A DNA stretch of 60,946 bases, the filler included, from Bipalium vagum (lineage: Eukaryota), in assembly GCA_037834085.1 (NCBI GenBank). It is 3 parts of 3 records of this genome, joined end to end, with 100 filler letters (N's around TTAATTAATTAA, not from the genome) between each part and the next. Parts side by side here need not be neighbours in the genome. Positions count along the whole stretch, not along the records: positions 27,286 to 44,210 come from JBBMKC010086170.1; positions 44,311 to 60,946 come from JBBMKC010101213.1; 1 more part is not named here. One strand, given 5' to 3'. The notes under the pieces were generated by a model that was given only the letters and a program-made list of their open reading frames with translations, was not told where the DNA came from and searched no databases. The position numbers and the translations under genes were made by a program. Of the stretch, positions 37,651 to 50,712 are shown piece after piece. Every line of letters starts with the position of its first letter. The first letter of the stretch is position 1.

Positions 37651-40600
37651 TTGAAAGTAAATAGACCCTTAATATATATTATAATAATATATATTAATTT
37701 TCGATTATTTCTATATTTATAAGTTAATATAATTAAAATATTTCATTAAAGATAAAAATTGTAAAATTACGAGTTTTGATTTTTATTACTGTTACTTTAT
37801 TTTTTATCTGCGGATGATAATAAACCTACGGTATACGAAAATTGTTTAAAAATATAAATATAATCTAAATATAACTTCGTGGTCAAGGAAATAATTTATT
37901 TAAATTAAATAAATATGTACAGTACAATATTTGTTTTATTTTTCATAAATGAATGCATTCTTAAGGTATATCAATTAGGTTCTTGTAAAGGGTTATCAGT
38001 TAAGAAAATTGAAACAAAAAATTTGAAAAGAAATTGGAATTGTAGTATTGTCTGCGAACGCATATTTACTACTTTCTAGAAAATAAAGGGTTAGTTTAAG
38101 AAATAATAATAATAGATTCATACTCATTGACACTACAGGCATAATGCATGGGTGGAATGTCGGAGTCGTTATAATACTTATAGATAATCTCGGGGTCATA
38201 CTCATCCAAGTATTTATTTATAAGAAAAAACACAACAATTTACAAAAAATTTGGTCAACGTTAGTAAAAGTAATGTTCCACTTAATATAATAATACTCAA
38301 TAAAATAAACATAAGTTGAAAATAATGCATATAATAATTAATATAAAGGTTTTCTATTTTATTAATAAACTGATCATAATGTTTCATAATCTTAGCATAA
38401 TATTTAATAATTTGCTATAAAATTAAAAAAAATACACGAAAAATATACTAAATACAATTAGGCTAAACATTGGCTTAAATAACTAAAATTTTCCGCATGT
38501 GTTCGAAGAAACTGGATAAATTTTATTTTAGGCATCAAAATTCTAAATTAAATCTGTTACAAATAGCTGAAGAAGATTTAGTGCTACAGTAACTTTGTTG
38601 TATTAGAAATTTAAATCGGACAAGAATTTAACAAAAAGGTTTTGTGTTTGAAGGGATTATGTCGTATTACTATAAATTTGATAAAAACAAAGGCTAAGGG
38701 TATGAAATATATTTATATTTATAAAAATAATCATAACCAAAAAATGTATAATAAACTCTTATTAAACTCAAATTTACAGAGGTTAGAATCTCTATCTACT
38801 ACATATATTATACTCTTAATAGGCAGTCATAGTAAAAATGGAATAGGTAATGGAATAAACCAAAAATTCAATTTTTATAGATCCTCCAACGTGATTCCGT
38901 TTAATACTGAATAATAATTTAAGTATTTGGTTTAAATGATTATTGATTTATATTAGAAGTGATTTGGTTTCTAGATAATTAAAATTATTTTGTTTTAGTA
39001 TTACAAACTTAGAAATGATCTGTTCTTGAAAGTTTTGTATTTGAGGTATCGTTTAAACATTTTCATAAAAAATGCAGTCGATTTGCAATAAATTAATGGA
39101 AATGGATTTAGAGATTTTCTTGACTTTTTTAAAAAAATGTTTGTTCTTAATTGTCTTCAGTGTTCTTGAGCCAGAATAGATAGAACATTTCCCAAAATAA
39201 CACTGTTCCAAAGTTCAGAGATCATGTTTATTTATTAATATTTGATTATAATAAATAATAATAATTATTAACATTTTTTTAAATAATCTCATTTTACACT
39301 TGGCACCATCTTCGTTGATTTCGTATATTCTTATTTTGATTTTTGTATTTTCGCTTTTGGCTGCCTTAGTTCATCTGTTATGCCCGGAAATTTCATCAAA
39401 TGGGAGAGGAAGCGGAGTTGTGAGAAGGAAGAAGTGAAAAAGAGTAAATAGCAATGAAGAAAAGTATACTAAGGATTACAAGTATAGTATGAGAACATTA
39501 AATTCTTTATCTATTAATAATACAAGTGTTGTGTTTTTGTAAATAGTTTCTTATTAAAGTTTAATAGAATAATTGTGGGAATTGATAACAGCAGAGTGAA
39601 AAAGAAAGTAAATATGATATTATATGGAGTGGGTTAAGTTTTATTTCTGTACTTTGGCCATTATATTTCATAATCAACTAGCAATAATTCAATTCAAATT
39701 TATAAAAATCAAATCAATTGTAAAAAAACATTTGTATTTCATCCTTTACATTTTTCGATCATTGTGATTTTATTAAATTTTATTGATTATTGTGTGATCT
39801 TATCTTTTTATTCATTTTTAATAATTAATTTATTTTTAAGATAAAAATTAATAAGAATTAAGTAAATGGAAAGTTTAAAATAAAATAAAAACAATTAACG
39901 TTTTGAACTAGGTTGGGAATTAGGTTATCCTCTGGATTTGTTCTTTTAAACAATGTTTACATATTGTTTTATAATTATTAAACTCTAGGAACTTTTCTGT
40001 TCTTTTCAATGATTTTAATATTACGTAATATTTCCTAAATAGAGAAACTTATTTTTTGGATGTCTGAAAAAATTCAACACTTCAAATTTACTTATGAGGA
40101 ACAATTTTTGCAATCCTACAATAAGTATCATCCGGTATTGCACGTATTATATAAAGTTTCACAGTGCATAACAACTCTTCTTGTGTTAGTGACTAATGGA
40201 ATTCAAAAAATTTCTTACTATATCGAATTGTTGAAAACAGAAATCAATTTGAAAATGAATATTTAAATTCTTATTTTTGAATTTGGATTTGACATTGTAA
40301 TTCCAACAATATACAATTGTTCTTAAAGATAATTAGACATTATTTTGTGACAATCTCCAAAAAGTGTAAACTTATTCTTTTAATTTAATTAATGTTTGTG
40401 TGATATTTTCAGTATGGAGTTTTTATATGATATGTTTATTATTGTATTTGACTACTAAAATTCAATGATGTTGGTATTTTATCTTTAATTTTGTAATTTT
40501 ATGCTAATCTATTTATTATATTACTTAAAAGGTATCTCACATATCCTAGATTTTAAATAGGTTTTGGTGTAGTTAATTAGTTTATTAATGTGTTGTACTA

Positions 40601-41499
40601 TTTCCTGTGGTTTGACAAATTATAAAAGGAACATGACTTTTTATAACATGATTTTAATCGATTTTACTATACTCATGGAAAAAAGTAAAAAGCACCCTAA
40701 AATTCTAAATAATTGTTAATAATTTAAAATTAAAAAATAATTTAAATTAAATTAAAAAAAAGTTTATACGTCAATACAATTTTTTAGCAATCTAAGTATG
40801 AGAATTGAAATTTGTTAAGTTCCTAAAAATTTGAGTTTAATTGGGTTAAATAAACCGATTTAGGGAAAAGTTTATTTAGGTGAATGTTTGTTTATTCATT
40901 TTTTAAAGAAGTAATTTCATGCTATCAACTTCTTCTGCCGTATAGACATTTTCTTTGTCATCATCTACTTTGGGATTTTCTTTCGGTATATTTGAGATTA
41001 AGGTTTTATCGACAATTTCATAATTTTTGTGTGAAAGTTCAAATAGAAGGGTTTCATAGCTTGTGATATTTTCATGTTTCAATTGAAAAGCTTAAAGATA
41101 ATTGATTCTTTCCTTATAAAATTCTATATAATTTTTTAAATTTAAGAACATTGTTATTTAATGGACTTTAAAATAGTTTTTAATAACTCAACAAAACACC
41201 TGTGATCAGAAGGGTTTACGGGGGGTTAACGATCAAAGCACACATCAAACTTTATTATTACAATGTAAAATTGAATCAATTTAAATATGAACTGAGCCAA
41301 CACATACTTTTAAAAATATTTATTTGTAAATTACTTACAATAAAAAATGTTATACAATTGTTAGTTAATTTAGACTAACAATTGTAAAAGAATCGTTAGG
41401 TACAAACTGTGTTTAGTATGTTAAAGCCAATGGTAGTTTATCCAGTAGCAACTGTGTAAAATAAACAGTAAAAAGAAAATAATAAAAAAGATTTATTTA

Positions 41500-42060
41500 A
41501 TTCTCCACGTGTTCATAATTTGTCAATGGAGTAATAATGATACATCAATTCTGAAAGTATCTTATGAATACAATATTTCTGATTGTACTATAGCAGAATG
41601 ATACAACAAATTCCGTGATCTGGGAAGCATTATTATTTTATTGAGACTGACAACTAAATTAAGTGACCCAGACCTCATGGTAGAGAGTGATGAATCCTTG
41701 TTTGTAAAAATTAAATATGGAAAAGGTCGCGATTAAGTGGTGTCTGCAAAGGGTTTATGCTGAAGTCAAACAATTGAAAAACAATTTTTATAGAATTTGT
41801 TGAGAAAAGAGAGATTGAGAGAATCTAATTTCAATAGTAAATAAACGAATTTTACCTTGATAATTTTTTTATCAAAATTTGGCCAATTTCTAGCCCAATA
41901 TGAATTTTTGTGAATCACACCAATAAAAATATTCATAAACAAAACATAAAAGCATTCTGGAGCGTTTTTAAAGGAAATTATTCATAAAGGAGACAATAAT
42001 TACATAAATAATATTGATAATTATCTGGGTGACGTGAGGTTTTAAAAATTATACTATTTT
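41500..42060 (+). mobile_element. Merlin (ISXO2-like) transposase remnant
   Basis: KLSDPDLMVESDESLFVKIKYGKGR...EFVEKRD*ENL...VNH...HKQNIKAFWS matches GGxGxxVEIDESxFxKRKYxRGR...RD...VNH...HTQxIEGFWS; a weaker remnant lies at ~22760-23250 (-). Confidence 0.8.
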
Positions 42061-42879
42061 GGTTCCTTTATCTTGCATATAAGTAAATGTTTCTAAAGAT
42101 TGGATTATACTATAATTTTTGATAATTTTTAATATTAGTTTCTAATTTTGATAATTAAAATAGGTAATATCGTTTTTAAAAACTTAACATTAGTATGATT
42201 AAATTTATTTTTAATATTGTAAGGCTCGAAATCCAACATTGTCATAAATCATAAACTATAATTGTTTTTGGCTTAAGTTCACAATTAACTGTGACATATT
42301 TGGAGAAGGTGGAATATTTGGCCAAAATAGAACTGGACCTAATTTTTAGATAAAATCTTGAAATTTTATTTTACCTGGAAATAGATTCAATAATCTTCAA
42401 AATAATCAGTTCTGTATTGTCAAACATGGTATTAGATAACTTAAATATTTGACACTGTACTCTTTATAAATTTTAATAGGAAAAATGTAAAAGATCCATT
42501 TGGGCTAGAAGCGGTAATTTCATCATTTTAGAAAATTTTTGTATAATAATAATTATTATAATTATTTATATTTTATTTTCTTTTAACATTTGGGAAAAAG
42601 TTCTTTTACATTATGAATAAAAAATCAAAGGCTATAGAAAAACAAATGAATTAATAAATATTTTTATTAACACACAAAATAATAAAAAGGTTTTGCACAA
42701 TTGTAATTTTGGGAATTTGTGAAGTCTCCACATTTCTCCCTCTGCAATGAGACTTCTGTCCGCAAAAGTTGGCATATGAACCAGGATATGGTGATTAAAG
42801 CGTGTTCTGCCAATCACCGCCACAATATCAACTTTGGATCCAGTTGGATTTATAACTGTGGGCGAGACAGTCGGACATT

Positions 42880-43600
42880 TGGTCAATTGGATTTCTTTGT
42901 CGGTGGGTTTGCCCTATAGAGTTGACAGAGGAGTGTCAATATCGATTGGGTAGTTGATTGGAAGAGCTGTAGAGATCATATTGGAAGGTTTGGTCTGCGT
43001 TGGAGTAGTAGTAGACCTTTCTGGTCTTTTAATCATTCCATAAACTGTATTTCTTTCTAATCCTCTTATATTCATTTCCATTTTCTTTGCTTTCTGGATT
43101 AACTTATCGTAATCTTTATATTCAATTAAACTGAGTGCTACCCTCATCTCCTGACTCATTCCGATCCAAAACTGATCTTCGACTAATTTCCTTATCTGAT
43201 CTGACCATGTTCTCTTATCGCTAAATGTACGCTCTGCCAGTATTCCTACCTGGTAGGCAAATTCACCAATCATTTCATCTCTTCTCTGCTAGTCTCAATT
43301 CATCATCTCTCATCTCAATTCTGCTAGTAAATGTGCAGAACATTTGGAATGCTGGGGGTGATAAGTTTATCTGTCCTGCCCAAGGGAATCGTTGTCAGAT
43401 TGTGGATATCTCTGATCCATGATCTATGTATGGCAAGTGTATCCAGAATCTAAGTAGATTTCGACGAGAATTTGTCCAATTGTCTATTCCATGCTTTGAA
43501 CGGCAATTCGATTCAAGAGCTCTTGTGGTAAATATGGATTGGTGAACAAAGCTACTTTCTGGCGTAGCTGCTGTTGCCACCAGAACCGAGTGATGTCATT
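42880..43600 (-). mobile_element. Gypsy-like LTR retrotransposon gag remnant
   Basis: PBS-like TGGTGGCAAC at ~43580 followed by a frameshifted gag-like ORF (IGEFAYQVGILAERTF...LVEDQFWIGM...LIQKAKKME). Confidence 0.6.
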
Positions 43601-43959
43601 TTTAATATGTAAAATTATAGTGCAAAAATAAATAAACACCACTAATTAAATGAACGTTTTTTATTAATTACTCAAATAAAAGTAAAATTGTTATTTGGAA
43701 TTTTTAGATTGTTTTGGGAGTCCACAATATAATAAATCTAAAAAATATTCACTTATTCTGATTTCTCTTAAACTAGAGAATCGAATGCTGTAAAAATGTT
43801 TCATATAAACTTTATTGGTCCTTTTTTATTTGTTAAATTTCTCTAATTTCATATATTCGTTCAAAATTGTTCACCTTTCTCTTTTTTAATATTTTCAACT
43901 TTTTTCTTAAAAAATAAAATTCTTATATTGAAAAAATGTCTTTTCTAGATGAATATAAA

Positions 43960-44210
43960 AACTTTCAAGATTTTAATCCGGATACTTTTTAGTAGATTTT
44001 CAAAATTAAAAATTTTAGATGATTTTACAAAAGCAATTTATTAGAAAATCTTGTCTAATTCGATTTAAAGTTGAAACAGAAGTTCCAATTTTATTTGCAA
44101 TTTGTTCTTGTGTTAAAGTTGGATTAAAAGATTTTGCTTTTGTAAAATCATCTAAAATTTTTAATTTTGAAAATCTACTAAAAAGTATCCGGATTAAAAT
44201 CTTGAAAGTT
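43960..44210. repeat. perfect 77-bp inverted repeat (43960-44036 / 44134-44210) abutting a gap
   Basis: The arms are exact reverse complements. Confidence 0.95.
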
Positions 44211-44310
44211 NNNNNNNNNNNNNNNNNNNNNNNNNNNNNNNNNNNNNNNNNNNNTTAATTAATTAANNNNNNNNNNNNNNNNNNNNNNNNNNNNNNNNNN
44301 NNNNNNNNNN
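44211..44310. other. assembly gap (44 N + TTAATTAATTAA + 44 N)
   Basis: Directly visible. Confidence 0.98.
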
Positions 44311-44349
44311 GTTATGTTAAATAAAAATTATAATATTCGTGCATCTCTT

Positions 44350-45220
44350 TCTATGCTAGTCTCACTACTTATTGGGCGCACCACGTAATAATAGATTTAA
44401 AAATTATCATTAAAATGTACCCGATATTATTATCAATAAGTATTATCATAAAAAAGCTTCCTACATCTGAGTTGGATTGAAACGGATTTCCACATTACTC
44501 TCAAGGAGAGTGTACAGTAAGTTAAAGAAGAATTCAATGAAGATGTTTGTCAAAATACGATAAAAATGCTCACGAAAGTAAGCTTATTTAAAATTAATTG
44601 TCAAACCTCCAAAAAATGAATTCCCAAGTAAAAAAGGAGAAGATATGATGATTTAAATAATTTGTTTAAGTCTAAAGCTGATGAAAGACGTAATTTGGAT
44701 AGATGAATAAAATTTTAATCTATTCTGTAACCACAAAGAGAACAGGTCGAAAATTGGCTGTTTATCCCGTGTTATTATGTTAAGCAGCAATCTCATCTAC
44801 AAGATTATTGAATTTCCAATGTAAACGGGGCTCTTATAAAGGGGAAAACTGCAAGATATTGTTCAGGCAATTAATATCTTAATGAAATGCAGAAGACATT
44901 AAGTAGCCCACTTTTGTTATTAAAAGTGCTCCTGTACATAGTCAATTGGAAATGGCTGTTGAAGTTATTCGTCTGACACCATATTCTTACTTGCTGAACC
45001 AAATATAAATTTTAAAACTGTGGTTTAGGATAAACTTCGTGAAGAAATGCCAGATTTGATGGCATATAAGAAAATAAACGGAGGACTGTCGGTAACATTC
45101 CGATTGAGAGTATTGAAAGAATTGCGTATAGTGCAAAAGAAACTTTGACCACTAAAAAATTGATTGAATTCACCAAGAAAAATATTATATTTCAATTGAA
45201 AGACCTTGTTGAAGATTTTC
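44350..45220 (+). mobile_element. degenerate IS630/Tc1-like (DDE_3) transposase
   Basis: IWIDE*NFNLFC...SAPVHS...IRLTPYSYLLNQI resembles WIDExxFN...DNAPxH...LPPYSPxLNPIE. Confidence 0.65.
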
Positions 45221-45479
45221 AATAAATTTGTGGGTTTTTGTTTTGAATTTCATCATTTGAATTTAATATTAAATTGGTTTTGTGTATAATTAAATTATAT
45301 CATTTCATAAGTTTCATTTTGGACTATAAATGGTATAAAATTTTGTGTGGACAGTAATGTTTTCGATATTTTATAAAAATATTGAAATAGAGTATTATTT
45401 TTAATTTAATGTTAAAATGTAAAAAAAGATTTCTCTCTGTATTGTAAAATACAAATACTTTGTACTAAATCATATTCCG

Positions 45480-45985
45480 GGCCGAGATTACTTTCAAACG
45501 GCAGCAAACCAAGGATTTACATTGGAAAAAAATCATTTTTATGAACTGCTGTTACAAAATAATATGATCGATTCTGATCAGTATTGATTAACAAGATTAA
45601 AGCGAGTGATTGAAAAAGTCAGGTCAAATTTGATAAACAGCAATGTCTAACCACACACATGTTTGAAGGACCAGCAAAGATTGAACGAGTTTAGCTAGGA
45701 AATAATAAAAGATCAACAGTACAGCACCATCAGATTATCATTTATTTAGATTTCTATAGATATCTCTCAAAAATCAATTGGGATTAAGGTCAGCTCTATG
45801 CAGGAATATAAAGAATATTTGACAGAATTTTTAGCCAAAAATCCATGAAACTTTTCAGTAAAAATAGCAAAGATTTATAATATAAAAAGTGCATTTGTGT
45901 GATTTAAATAAATACTTTTATTTTACTTTTCTATTTACTTTCAATTTTTTTTAAAAATACGAAAAAAAATTTTCATTCACCCAAA
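45480..45985 (+). mobile_element. degenerate mariner 3' half
   Basis: IFYELLLQNNMIDSDQY...APSDYHLFR; sibling of 3470-3830. Confidence 0.7.
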
Positions 45986-46103
45986 ACATCATATATTGAA
46001 GATTTTATATTTCTGTAATAAGCACCTCACAGTTGCATGAGTAACGGTAACTTTAATATTAACTAACAAAGTTATCGTTCGAAAAGATGATAAAGTACCC
46101 TAC

Positions 46104-47046
46104 CAATTGCTTTTGATATTCTAGTTCCTTAATAGCTTGTTCCAACTCGTGAATTCGTCTGCGTAAAGCGTATTCTGTTCTCTGACTCTGATGATCAAGC
46201 ATATCGTCGACTTTATGCGCAGTATAATGCAAATCTTCTCTTGTCCTTTGTCCTTTCTCCATTTCGGTTTTCGCTCTGTTGATGCTATAACGACTAAAGT
46301 CTTCCCATTCTTGGGGATCCGTACTCCTGACAAAATGGCATTGAATTAAGAACTGACAAAAAATGCAAACATTTTAGGTTTGCGAGTCGAATTGGGCTTG
46401 TAAACTATATTTGGTGACTTCTCCGTCATATTATATTGAGCTATGTCGATTTCTAAGGCCCCTGTCTTATCTTGCAAATCACCGAAAAATTCTTCTCTAG
46501 CCTCTTGCATCCGACACAACTGCTCAAAAGCTTCGTCAATCTTTTTTTGCAATAATTTTTTACACTCTGCAATCAAATTTTGTTCCTATTTAAATAAATA
46601 TGATCAAAAAATAAAAGAAAATTCGATAAAACATTTTTCAATTCCTTTTGACCTTCATCATTCACGTTTTCAATTCCCCGTCGACAGTCCCTGTTATTTA
46701 AGCATTCACTAACTGTATCTTCATTAATGTTTTTATCTTCCAACTGATGTTCCATTTCTTCCTTTGACTCACTAAGAGCTTGAATTTCTTTATCAAGATT
46801 AGCTTTAGTTTTCTCTAATAGCTCTTTCCATCGTCTAATAATATCTATTCTGTCTGACAATCTTGTATTACTATCAAGCTGATCCATTTTTGTTTTCAGG
46901 TCAGTCTCAATTCTGGTCGCTCTTCCCATCTGTCTAGTTTTTTCAGATACATTTCGTTGCTCTTCACTGTTTTTGCTTAATTCATAAGCATCTGAAAACC
47001 AATCACTTGATTCATATTCTTTAACAGGTCTACTTACAGTAGCCAT
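46104..47046 (-). CDS. TEKT2: tektin-2 (tektin B1-like), exons 1-3; 3' exons not found
   Basis: Exons 47046-46633, 46585-46371, 46326-46104 (GT-AG); RLSDRIDIIRRWKELLEK, AFEQLCRMQE, SPNIVYKPNSTRKP and QEWEDFSRY match TEKT2 (RLVERIDTVNRWKEMLDK, AFEQLCLLQE, SPNISLKVDPTRVP, QQWDDFSRF). Confidence 0.92.
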
Positions 47047-47430
47047 TATCTGATTAAATAAACAACAATCAATGCAATATTTAAAAAGATGACCTTGTTA
47101 TAGTAGTCTGAGTTGCATAAAGTAAAACAATAAGCAAGCAACAAATATTTTAAATATTTCTTTTCCTTGAAAAACTCTTATAAGTATACAAAGGCTTATG
47201 TTTACATTTTGAATAATTCTCTTAAATAAAAATTTCTATTAATAAAATATAGGGACAAAATAATTAATTTACTATTTATCTTCAAAATAATTTTCCTGCA
47301 ATATTCAGAATCTCAAAGAGGCATAATAAATTATTCCACATTTCTGCTTATGGGTAAGAAATCATCACAGCAAAATTAAATAATTTTACTGGTGTCAATT
47401 TATTAACTTTTAAATTTATTATTTTCATTT

Positions 47431-47518
47431 ATATATTTTAAATATAAAAGTGAAATATTTTAAATATAATACTGAAATATTTTAAATATAATACTGAAAT
47501 ATTTTAAATATAATATTG
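47431..47518. repeat. 22-bp tandem repeat (TGAAATATTTTAAATATAATAC) x ~4 in a divergent intergenic region
   Basis: Directly visible. Confidence 0.85.
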
Positions 47519-47669
47519 CAATAGTCTGTATTAGAATGTTATTTTCTTATTTATAAATCTTAATTTACCTATTTAAAAATATTTTATAATTTGTGTATAA
47601 TTTTAATTTTTGTTTGAATATTCAATTTCAACTTGACATTATTTAATTATCAAATTAATTTTCATTATA

Positions 47670-48284
47670 ATGTATGTTCTCATGTTTCGAAATTTTTTAT
47701 TGCAATTAAAAAAGAGATATTTTAAGAATCTTACAGTTGGATTTTTTGGATTTTATGTAATTAAAGCTAAAGCGTCTACTAATACCTCAAAATCAGAATT
47801 TGAAAAATTAGAAATCAACAAGTGGATCCCATCTAAAAATCTCGTTTCTTCTGTGCAGCAGCAAATTGATATTACTTCTGATATTATAAACCAAATGCTT
47901 CTTGAATTTAATTATTATACAAAATATATAAATGTGGTTATTCATGATTTAATTAGTCAGATGAAGTATGAATTGGTTGATGAAGGGGCTCTTGATTCCT
48001 GTGTTGAATTAAGAGAAAATTTAAATGTTCTCATTACTAATATTAACGAACTTGAACTCTGTTTGAATGCTGCAATTAATGTACTTGAAACGTCTTTAAA
48101 TTCAGCTTTTTTCACTTGTGATAAAACTGTTGATAACAGTATTATGAGTCGAATTTATAGTACTGGATCTAAATCTCTTGATGAAGCCAGAAATTCTTTA
48201 TTGGAATGTAAACAGATTAAAGAAAGACTGTTAAAAGAACTATACCAAAAGCAACATGATATCATTACAGAATCAGCAAATTAA
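47670..48284 (+). CDS. divergent Smac/DIABLO-like mitochondrial protein (204 aa, intronless)
   Basis: Basic N-terminal presequence plus hydrophobic stop-transfer-like segment; ungapped 44-aa match ALDSCVELRENLNVLITNINELELCLNAAINVLETSLNSAFFTC vs human Smac [44 protein letters not shown] (R, LE, A, E, A-aromatic-x-T in register); all-helical. Confidence 0.6.
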   Translation: MYVLMFRNFLLQLKKRYFKNLTVGFFGFYVIKAKASTNTSKSEFEKLEINKWIPSKNLVSSVQQQIDITSDIINQMLLEFNYYTKYINVVIHDLISQMKYELVDEGALDSCVELRENLNVLITNINELELCLNAAINVLETSLNSAFFTCDKTVDNSIMSRIYSTGSKSLDEARNSLLECKQIKERLLKELYQKQHDIITESAN

Positions 48285-50457
48285 AAGATTTAATATTTTG
48301 ATTAAAAAATACATTCATTTTATTTGACTCTTAAATTTCTTTAAAATGATTCAATAACAAGATAGTTTTGCAAAATTTCATAAAATTAATATACTAAGTT
48401 TTATAGTTGTCCGAAATTTTGTTTATTTAAATTTTTAGTAATTGTATCCAGAAATAAATTTGATTTGGTTCTGTTTTAAAACAGTTAAGTAATAAACCTA
48501 TTTGCAAAAATAACTCAATAAAGACAATACAATTTATTATCAACAAATATAAGCAATGCCCAATAAAAATATCAAAACATTTCTCATGAATAATGGTAAT
48601 TAAGACACTAAATAATATGAAATTATCAATCTAAAACAGTTTTTACAATGGTATTAAAAAATGACAAGTTTCAACAATTGTGAAAGCAGTGAAAAGGTTC
48701 TTGGGATAATCACGAATTCTCTAATTGATTGTTCGTCATTAGCCGAGTTCCGTGGAACTCTAGCTTTCTCTAAGAAAATTAATGACATGCCACATATCCC
48801 TAATCAAATTTTCAACTAATATCAATTTTTATTCTGCTGTTCTCAGCTGTGAGATCGCTATTTATTGGCCCGCTACTGCCAATAATTTGTTTTATTATCC
48901 AATAACATAAAAATTTCATTTTAAATTATAATTTTGCGCTATTTTTGTTTGGAGAATTTTATTTTTTATTGTAATTATTAATATTATTACTGTTATTTAC
49001 TGAGAATAATAATCATAATAAATAATCATACATATTGATAACTATCATAATATAATTAACTATAATAACATTTTTGAAAACCTTAATTAACAATCTCACT
49101 AATAAAAATTTCTTTCATCATTGCCCAGATCAGAAGTTTTCCAGCTATGTGTGATTGAAGAGACTGTTGAAAGGGAATTAATCATTCAGCTCAGACGTTG
49201 CGTTCTATCTGATGTGATAACTAAAGAACCTGGTGATCCATTAACAAATGTAAAGGGGAAGCGAAGGAAAGAGGAATGATGAAAGATTCATGAAAGAGAA
49301 CTAATTAACTATTCAGTTCAGTGGTCGAGCTGAGCTGATAGTTAAAATCCCAAGCTTCTGCAGTAATTAAGAGGAACGAGGAGAAGAGGTAAATTTTTCG
49401 TGATGAGAATTGCCAGGAGACAATGGAAAGATGATTATTAAATAACAGGAACTCTATGGACTCCTATTTAAGGCGGTAGCAAAGATTTTTGAGCAACATT
49501 TTTAAAAAACATTTTGGGCGAAATATTCAAAGTTTGAATATTTTTTCCAATTATAAATTTTCGAAGAGGAAAAATATTATTAAACATTTATTTTTGAGTC
49601 TTTTTAAAAACGTTCGAGGAATGCGATTGTTGTGACGTAAATTGACATAATTTTACTTTTAAACTCTGTTGGCAATGAATTGTTACAAAACTAAATATAA
49701 ATTGATTTTTACATAAGTTTTTGATGAAATGAAATCCCCTCAAAACCACTAACTCGACTAAGAACTGATAGTTCTAAATAATAATTTTTGGAATATACCT
49801 TTCAAAATATTTTAAGATCAATTAATTTATTCCTTTTTTATTCCTCCCTATATCTTCTCTTTTTACATTCTTAAAGTAGGACGAAATCGATATTTTATTT
49901 ACTGAGGATCCTTAAGCCTAATAAAAGATCTCTCTTTAACCGAATTAATATTTAAATAAAAAATTGTACATCATAAAAGTTTTAATAAAAATTTATTTTA
50001 GTAAGAATCTACTTATCTCAATTATTTAGTTTGACCCAAAGTCGACTCATTATTCGATTGAATGTTAAGTAAAATTATTTTTTCATTTTTAATGTAACTT
50101 TTCAATCATTTAAAAAATATTTTTTTCGGTTCTAGATAAAAGGAGTTAATTGAAGAAATATTAAGATGCGAAATTTGAATATCTTAAATTAACCGAAAAT
50201 ATCACCATGGAAACAAGTGCAATGAAAATTTCCAACGACAATGTTGATTGTTTTTATCGTTTATGGTAACTGAAAAATGACATCTTCTTTCTCGTTTAAA
50301 AAACACTAAAACAAATCTGTTGCCAATCTCATTTCCAGACAATTCAATTCAATTATAAAAAATTTATTGAAGAAATAAGTTAAAACTTTAAAAAAACAAT
50401 CATTGATAAAATACTAAAGAGAAATATTGGAAAATAAAACGAAAAACTGTCCACGAC

Positions 50458-50712
50458 TCATGTCTTTTTCATGAACGAACGGTGCATTTCACAGAGCTCT
50501 GTTACCAGCAATTCCTCAATTTCTCTATCCGACTTTTCACTGCCGTCATCACTGAGAAACAGTAGCTTGAAGTCGAACTTGTCATCGTTCAACGTTGAAA
50601 TCCAAACCTTTTTCTTTCTCGTGTCGATGATGTTTCCAATAACAACTTGGTGTTTGTACTTTTGGAGAGCTTCGAAACATTTCCTTTCCAAAATATTTGG
50701 ATCTGTCTCCAA
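50458..50712 (-). CDS. PPCS: phosphopantothenate--cysteine ligase, last exon
   Basis: TTTCAG acceptor, then LETDPNILERKCFEALQKYKHQVVIGN...EIEELLV, completing the SFK/LETD motif. Confidence 0.93.
   Translation of the reverse strand: METDPNILERKCFEALQKYKHQVVIGNIIDTRKKKVWISTLNDDKFDFKLLFLSDDGSEKSDREIEELLVTELCEMHRSFMKKT

Noticed and set aside
38642-38914. LLIGSHSKNGIG as an Smr-domain-like motif
   Set aside because: Match too short, surrounding frames are broken and there are no supporting exons
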